Origin: an uncultured Gemmatimonadales bacterium
GTDB lineage: Bacteria > Gemmatimonadota > Gemmatimonadetes > Longimicrobiales > RSA9
DNA length: 64,000 nucleotides
Reading direction: 5' to 3'
Assembly: GCA_963783305.1 (NCBI GenBank)
Contig: CAWAMW010000007.1
Span: forward strand, 591,511 to 655,510
Shown here: positions 59,465-64,000 of the stretch, piece after piece
Layout of the letters: every line of letters begins with the position of its first letter
Numbering within the stretch: position 1 is the first letter of the stretch
The notes under the pieces: model-generated
Database searches by the model: none
What the model saw: only the letters and a program-made list of their open reading frames with translations
Told to the model about the DNA's origin: nothing
Made by a program: the position numbers and the translations under genes

Positions 59465-60126
59465 CAGCCCACCTCCCCGTCCGTCGGATCCACGCCCTGC
59501 TCCTTCAGCCGCGTCAGGATATCGGGGACCGCCTCCGCCTCGACGTTTTCGAAGTAGCGGTTGTTGATCTGAACGACCGTCGGGAAGCCGCACGCGCCCA
59601 GGCACTCGGCCTCGATCACCGTGAACTCCCCATCGTCGCTCACCTGCCCCGCCTCCGTGCCCGTGTGCTCCAGGAACGCCTCGAACACGTCGTGCCCGCC
59701 ACACAGGTTGCAGCTCACGTTGGTGCACACCTGGATCAGGTGCCGCCCCACCGGTCGCTTGTTGTACATGGTGTAGAACGTGGCCACGCCCCGGACGGTA
59801 GCGGGCTCGAGCTCCAGCACCTCCGCCACCTTCTCCATGGACTCCTGCGACAGGTGCCCCTTGATCTCCTGCGCAAGGTTCAGCACCGGCAGCAGCGCCG
59901 CCCGCTTGGTCGGGTACCGACCCAGGATCGTCTGCAGCCGCGTCGCGTAGGGCCCCTCGAACAGCTTCACGTCCGGGTGCCGCTCCGCTCGCTGGTACGG
60001 CACCGCGTTCACGCCGCCGTTCGCCCAGCCTTCCTTCGGCTGCTTCCCCACATAGTCGGTGCCCCTGACCTGCGACTCCGTGAGATCGAACTCACCGGTC
60101 TCGCCGGCCCAACCCGGGCTCTTCAT
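59464..60126 (-). CDS. nuoE: NADH-quinone oxidoreductase subunit E
   Basis: GVATFYTMY, CTNVSC, ECLGAC. Start is ATG 60126 or GTG 60144. Confidence 0.93.
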   Translation of the reverse strand: MKSPGWAGETGEFDLTESQVRGTDYVGKQPKEGWANGGVNAVPYQRAERHPDVKLFEGPYATRLQTILGRYPTKRAALLPVLNLAQEIKGHLSQESMEKVAEVLELEPATVRGVATFYTMYNKRPVGRHLIQVCTNVSCNLCGGHDVFEAFLEHTGTEAGQVSDDGEFTVIEAECLGACGFPTVVQINNRYFENVEAEAVPDILTRLKEQGVDPTDGEVG

Positions 60127-60140
60127 CCCGTTCCCTTCGC

Positions 60141-61418
60141 TCACCGGTCGATCTCCCCCAGCACGATGTCCAGGCTCGCGTTCGTCGCGATCACGTCCGC
60201 AAGCAGGTGGCCCTCCACCAGTTTCGGCAGGGCGCTGATATTCACGAAGCTCGGTCCCCGTACATGCCAACGGACCGGCTTCGACCCGCCGTCGCTCACC
60301 ACGTACATTCCGAGTTCGCCCTTCGAGCTCTCCACACCGAACCAGCTCTCGCCGGCCGGCACCTTCACACCCTCCATCACCACCTTGAAGTGATGGATCA
60401 TCGACTCCATGTCGTTCATGGCGTCCGTCTTCGACGGCAGGATCACCCGTGGGTCATCCACGTTGATCGGGCCGTCCGGGAGCCGGTCGAGGCACTGCCG
60501 GATGATCCGGAGGCTCTGGCGCATCTCCTCCATCCGGCACAGGTAGCGGGCGTAGTTGTCGCCATGATCCGCCACCACCACGTCCCAGTCGTAGGTCTCG
60601 TAGTCGTAGTACGGGCGGTCCTTGCGAATGTCGTAGTCCACACCCGTGCAGCGGAGATTGGGGCCGCTCAGCCCGACATCAATGGCGTCCTCGGCGCTGA
60701 TGGCGCCGATCCCCTGGTTCCGGCCGATCCACAGATTGTTGTTGTGGAGCAGCGTTTCCGTCTCGTCCAACGTCTTGGGCAGGACCTCGTCCACCCACCG
60801 GCGCAGCTCGTCGGTGAACCCCGGCGGGAGATCCGCCATCATCCCGCCCACGCGCGTCGCGGAGGTCGTGATGCGGGCGCCCGTGAGCGCCTCGTGCATG
60901 TTGTAGATCTCCTCACGCCGCTGGAACGTGTAGAGGAAGACCGTGAACGCGCCGATGTCGATGGCGGTGGTGCCGATCCAGATCAGATGGCTGAAGATCC
61001 GGTCCAGCTCCATGAGCATGACCCGGACGACCTTGCAGCGCTCCGTGATCTCGAGTCCCATGACCTTCTCCACCGCCGCCACGTAGGCGATGTTGTAGAT
61101 CAGGGGCGCCAGGTAGTCCATCCGATCCGTAAGCGGAACGATCTGGTTCCAGGTCCGATATTCCCCCAGCTTCTCGAAGCTGGAGTGGAGATACCCCACG
61201 TGCGGGGTGCACCGGATCACCGTCTCGCCGTCCAGCTCCAGCACGAGTCGGAGCACGCCGTGCGTGGCCGGATGCTGCGGACCCATGTTGATGAGCATGT
61301 GCTCACCGTGCAGGTCCGGCTCCACCCCTTCCGGGAGCACCGGCGACGCCACGGGCCGACCGTCCACCCCCATCACCGGCGTACGGCTCACCGCGTATTC
61401 CACCGTCCGCTTGCTCAT
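60141..61418 (-). CDS. nuoD: NADH-quinone oxidoreductase subunit D
   Basis: NMGPQHPATHGVLRL, DRMDY, KGELG, DIVLGEIDR. Confidence 0.97.
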   Translation of the reverse strand: MSKRTVEYAVSRTPVMGVDGRPVASPVLPEGVEPDLHGEHMLINMGPQHPATHGVLRLVLELDGETVIRCTPHVGYLHSSFEKLGEYRTWNQIVPLTDRMDYLAPLIYNIAYVAAVEKVMGLEITERCKVVRVMLMELDRIFSHLIWIGTTAIDIGAFTVFLYTFQRREEIYNMHEALTGARITTSATRVGGMMADLPPGFTDELRRWVDEVLPKTLDETETLLHNNNLWIGRNQGIGAISAEDAIDVGLSGPNLRCTGVDYDIRKDRPYYDYETYDWDVVVADHGDNYARYLCRMEEMRQSLRIIRQCLDRLPDGPINVDDPRVILPSKTDAMNDMESMIHHFKVVMEGVKVPAGESWFGVESSKGELGMYVVSDGGSKPVRWHVRGPSFVNISALPKLVEGHLLADVIATNASLDIVLGEIDR

Positions 61419-62185
61419 TCCTTCTCCTCCGCCTGTGCCGCGTCCCGCGGGTCCCGCGAATCGTCCTCCACGTCCGGGAACGTCGCGCCGCCCCCCTCCT
61501 GCCCCGTATCCTGCTGTCGCGCCCGCTCCTGCGCCCGGTCCCACCCCTTCTCGTTCAGCACCTCGAGCTCCGACGGCGCGTAGTAGTCCGCCAGGTCGAA
61601 CGTGAGCGACCGTCGCGTCTGCTCCGCGCGGCTGAAGCGGCCTCGAAGCGGAAAGTCCTTCCGGAGCGGGTGCCCCTCCGCGTAGTTGTCCGGCATCATG
61701 ATCCGTCGCAGGTCCGGGTGACCCCGGAACTCGACGCCGAAGAGGTCGTATACCTCCCGCTCGAGCCAATCGGCCGTGGACCAGACCGGCTGAACGCTCT
61801 CGATCTCCAGCGCCTCCAGCGGCAGCTCCGCCTTCAGCCGCAGCGCGCGCTTGTGCGGGATCGACCACAGCTGGTAGACGACCTGGATCGGACGACCTCC
61901 GCCATAATCCACCGCCGTCACATCCGCCAGATAGTTGTAGCGCTGGCCCGGATCGTCGCGGAGCCAGCGCATGATCTCGGCGTTTCGGTCCGCCGCAATG
62001 AAGACGACGTGCTCGTCGCCCGCGTGCAGCTCGTGGTGGAGGATGGCGTCGCCGAACTTTTCCCGGAGCGCCGTCACGGAGGGATGGTCCTCCTCCGCGG
62101 CGCGCGCCCTCGGCGTCTCGCCTCCCGCCGTCGTCCCGGGACCCGCTTCGAGGCCCCCGAGCCCTCTATCGAATTCGTCCGCCAT
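61415..62185 (-). CDS. nuoC: NADH-quinone oxidoreductase subunit C
   Basis: DVTAVDY, WLEREVYDLFG..F.GHPDLRRI, GHPLRKDFPL. Confidence 0.95.
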   Translation of the reverse strand: MADEFDRGLGGLEAGPGTTAGGETPRARAAEEDHPSVTALREKFGDAILHHELHAGDEHVVFIAADRNAEIMRWLRDDPGQRYNYLADVTAVDYGGGRPIQVVYQLWSIPHKRALRLKAELPLEALEIESVQPVWSTADWLEREVYDLFGVEFRGHPDLRRIMMPDNYAEGHPLRKDFPLRGRFSRAEQTRRSLTFDLADYYAPSELEVLNEKGWDRAQERARQQDTGQEGGGATFPDVEDDSRDPRDAAQAEEKE

Positions 62186-62865
62186 CACGGCCTCCGGTCC
62201 CTGGGCCGCGACAGGGCCCGCGTGCTGACGAGCCCGCTCATCTTGTTCTGCTTCGTCGAGTTGCCGAACGGCCCCGCGATCTGCTCGATCACGTCCGCCG
62301 GCAGGTTCGGCCGGCCCGAGCGCTCGGGGTCCTCGCTCCGCGTCTGCTCGTGGATCGCCGCGCTCAGCGACTCCCCCTTGATCTTCTCCTGCAGCATCAG
62401 GATCCCGTAGATCAGACCCTCCGGCCGCGGCGGGCACCCCGGCACGTACACGTCCACCGGGATGATCGTGTCGATCCCCTGCACCATGGAGTAGGCGTCG
62501 AACACACCGCCGCTCGACGCGCACGCCCCCATGCTGATCGACCACTTCGGCTGCGGCATCTGGTCCCAGATCTTCCGCAGCACCGGCGCCATCTTGTACG
62601 TCACCCGACCCGCGCAGATCAACAGGTCCGCCTGCCGCGGGCTGAAGCTCATGCGCTCCATCCCGAAGCGCGCCACATCGAAGCGCGACGCGTAGCTCGC
62701 CATCATCTCGATGGCGCAGCACGCCGTCCCGAACGGCATGGGCCACAACGAGTTGCGCCGCGCCCAGTTCACCACGAAATCCAGCTGCGTGGTCACGAAC
62801 CCGGGGCTCCCATCCTTCCCGCCCCCCACCACCGGCAGCTGCGTGCCGCCCGCCTCTAGTCCCAT
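62185..62865 (-). CDS. nuoB: NADH-quinone oxidoreductase subunit B
   Basis: [34 protein letters not shown]. Confidence 0.97.
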   Translation of the reverse strand: MGLEAGGTQLPVVGGGKDGSPGFVTTQLDFVVNWARRNSLWPMPFGTACCAIEMMASYASRFDVARFGMERMSFSPRQADLLICAGRVTYKMAPVLRKIWDQMPQPKWSISMGACASSGGVFDAYSMVQGIDTIIPVDVYVPGCPPRPEGLIYGILMLQEKIKGESLSAAIHEQTRSEDPERSGRPNLPADVIEQIAGPFGNSTKQNKMSGLVSTRALSRPRDRRP

Positions 62866-63212
62866 GTCAGCGCCCCCGTCTTCCACGCATACACCAGCCC
62901 CACGAGCAGCACCACCATGAACAGCAGCATCTCGATCAGGCCGAACAGACCCAGATCTCGGAACGCCACCGCCCACGGGATCAGAAAGATCGTCTCCAGG
63001 TCGAAGACAATGAACAGGATCGCCACCAGGTAGAACTTCACGCTGAACCGCTCGCGCGTGCTCCCCAGCGGCGTAATGCCGCTCTCGTAAGGCGACAACT
63101 TGGCTGGCGTGGGTCGCGATTCGCTCGCCAGCCTCGACAGGACCACGATCCCCACGGCTTGCAGGATCGAGAGCCCCAACAGCATCAGGATCGGTATGTA
63201 AGATCGCAGCAT
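62856..63212 (-). CDS. nuoA: NADH-quinone oxidoreductase subunit A
   Basis: [34 protein letters not shown]. Confidence 0.96.
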   Translation of the reverse strand: MLRSYIPILMLLGLSILQAVGIVVLSRLASESRPTPAKLSPYESGITPLGSTRERFSVKFYLVAILFIVFDLETIFLIPWAVAFRDLGLFGLIEMLLFMVVLLVGLVYAWKTGALTWD

Positions 63213-63230
63213 CAGCGCCGTTTCCGGACC

Positions 63231-63248
63231 TTGTGAAAACGTTCACTT
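63231..63248. promoter_or_regulatory. Rex-type operator upstream of nuoA
   Basis: TTGTGAA-AACG-TTCACTT matches the consensus TTGTGAA-N4-TTCACAA at 12 of 14 positions. Confidence 0.65.
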
Positions 63249-63261
63249 GTCAGGCCGCGTG

Positions 63262-63290
63262 AAAGTATCCGGCCGGGCCGTCAGGGTCAA
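63262..63290 (-). promoter_or_regulatory. sigma70 promoter of the nuo operon
   Basis: TTGACC (63290-85), 17-bp spacer, TACTTT (63267-62). Confidence 0.65.
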
Positions 63291-63303
63291 GCGGCAATTC
63301 GGC

Positions 63304-63333
63304 TTGCCGGAGGGCGCTCCCCAGTCCTACTTT
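63304..63333 (+). promoter_or_regulatory. Putative sigma70 promoter of dcd
   Basis: TTGCCG (63304-09), 18-bp spacer, TACTTT (63328-33). Confidence 0.45.
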
Positions 63334-63392
63334 GGCGCCGTCCGATCCAGCCGTTCCCGAAGATGACGAACCCGACCCGGAGGCCCCCGCAG

Positions 63393-63950
63393 ATGGCAAT
63401 TCTGAGCGACCATTGGATCCGTGAGCAGGCCCAGAACCACGGCATGATCGAACCCTTCGAGTTCGGTCAGGTGCGGGACGGAGCCATCAGCTACGGGACC
63501 TCCTCCTTCGGCTACGACATCCGGGTCGCCGACGAGTTCAAGGTGTTCACCAACGTCTACGGCGTCGTGGTCGATCCCAAGAACTTCGACGAGCGCAGCT
63601 TCGTCGACATCGCCGGCCAGGGCTCCTGCCTCATCCCGCCCAATTCCTTCGCCCTCGCCCGCACCCTCGAGTACTTCCGGATCCCGTCCGATGTCCTGGT
63701 GGTGTGCGTCGGCAAGTCCACCTACGCCCGCTGTGGTATCATCGTGAACGTGACCCCGCTCGAGCCCGAGTGGGAGGGCCACCTCACCCTCGAGATCAGC
63801 AACACCACCCCCCTGCCCGCCAAGATCTACGCCAACGAGGGCATTGCCCAGCTCCTCTTCTTCAAGGGCGACCAGGTTCCGAGCACCACCTACGCCCAGC
63901 GGGCCGGGAAGTACCAGAAGCAGCGCGGCGTGACGCCGCCGAGGCTCTAG
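63393..63950 (+). CDS. dcd: dCTP deaminase
   Basis: GGAGG RBS then MAILSDHWI. Motifs [30 protein letters not shown] and YANEGIAQ. Confidence 0.96.
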   Translation: MAILSDHWIREQAQNHGMIEPFEFGQVRDGAISYGTSSFGYDIRVADEFKVFTNVYGVVVDPKNFDERSFVDIAGQGSCLIPPNSFALARTLEYFRIPSDVLVVCVGKSTYARCGIIVNVTPLEPEWEGHLTLEISNTTPLPAKIYANEGIAQLLFFKGDQVPSTTYAQRAGKYQKQRGVTPPRL

Positions 63951-64000
63951 GAGTCGGCACCTAGAGGCAAGAGTAAGAGTAGGAGGCAGGAGTAAGAGAG

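Overview
GC-rich (about 70% by eye) diderm bacterial chromosome segment of mostly core genes. Gene content and order suggest Gemmatimonadota, which is an inference and not a database result. From left to right: a partial GntR-type regulator; a minus-strand operon encoding a lipidated Omp85 (TamA/BamA family) and TamB, with a sigma54-type promoter; divergently, a PQQ-dehydrogenase-like beta-propeller lipoprotein whose active-site residues appear substituted, then a YfgM-like TPR protein; a clear XerC/XerD dif site (10042-10069) with KOPS octamers beside it, marking the probable replication terminus; an acyltransferase and polyprenyl-phosphate glycosylation cluster (GT2s, GT4, methyltransferase, YfhO-like GT-C, UPF0104 flippase). 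Then about 45 kb of uninterrupted minus-strand genes: rpoN, lptB/lptA-like/lptC, kdsD/C/A, pyrG, kdsB, a beta-helix plus beta-barrel protein, trpG/pabA, xerD, dedA, ispF, fabF-acpP-fabG-fabD-fabH-plsX-rpmF-yceD, a REP/MITE-like repeat, ndk, a PTS EIIA-CBS fusion, sucD/C, carbamate kinase, UPF0182, PMM/PGM and a full nuoA-N operon with a Rex-type operator. The window ends with dcd on the + strand. I saw no rRNA, tRNA, CRISPR array, transposase or prophage. The best candidates for new biology are the apparently inactive PQQ-propeller lipoprotein in an outer-membrane assembly locus, a remodelled Lpt machine, and the EIIA-CBS protein between sucCD and ndk. All family calls and alignments were made by eye from recalled motifs, and start codons were adjusted by inspection.
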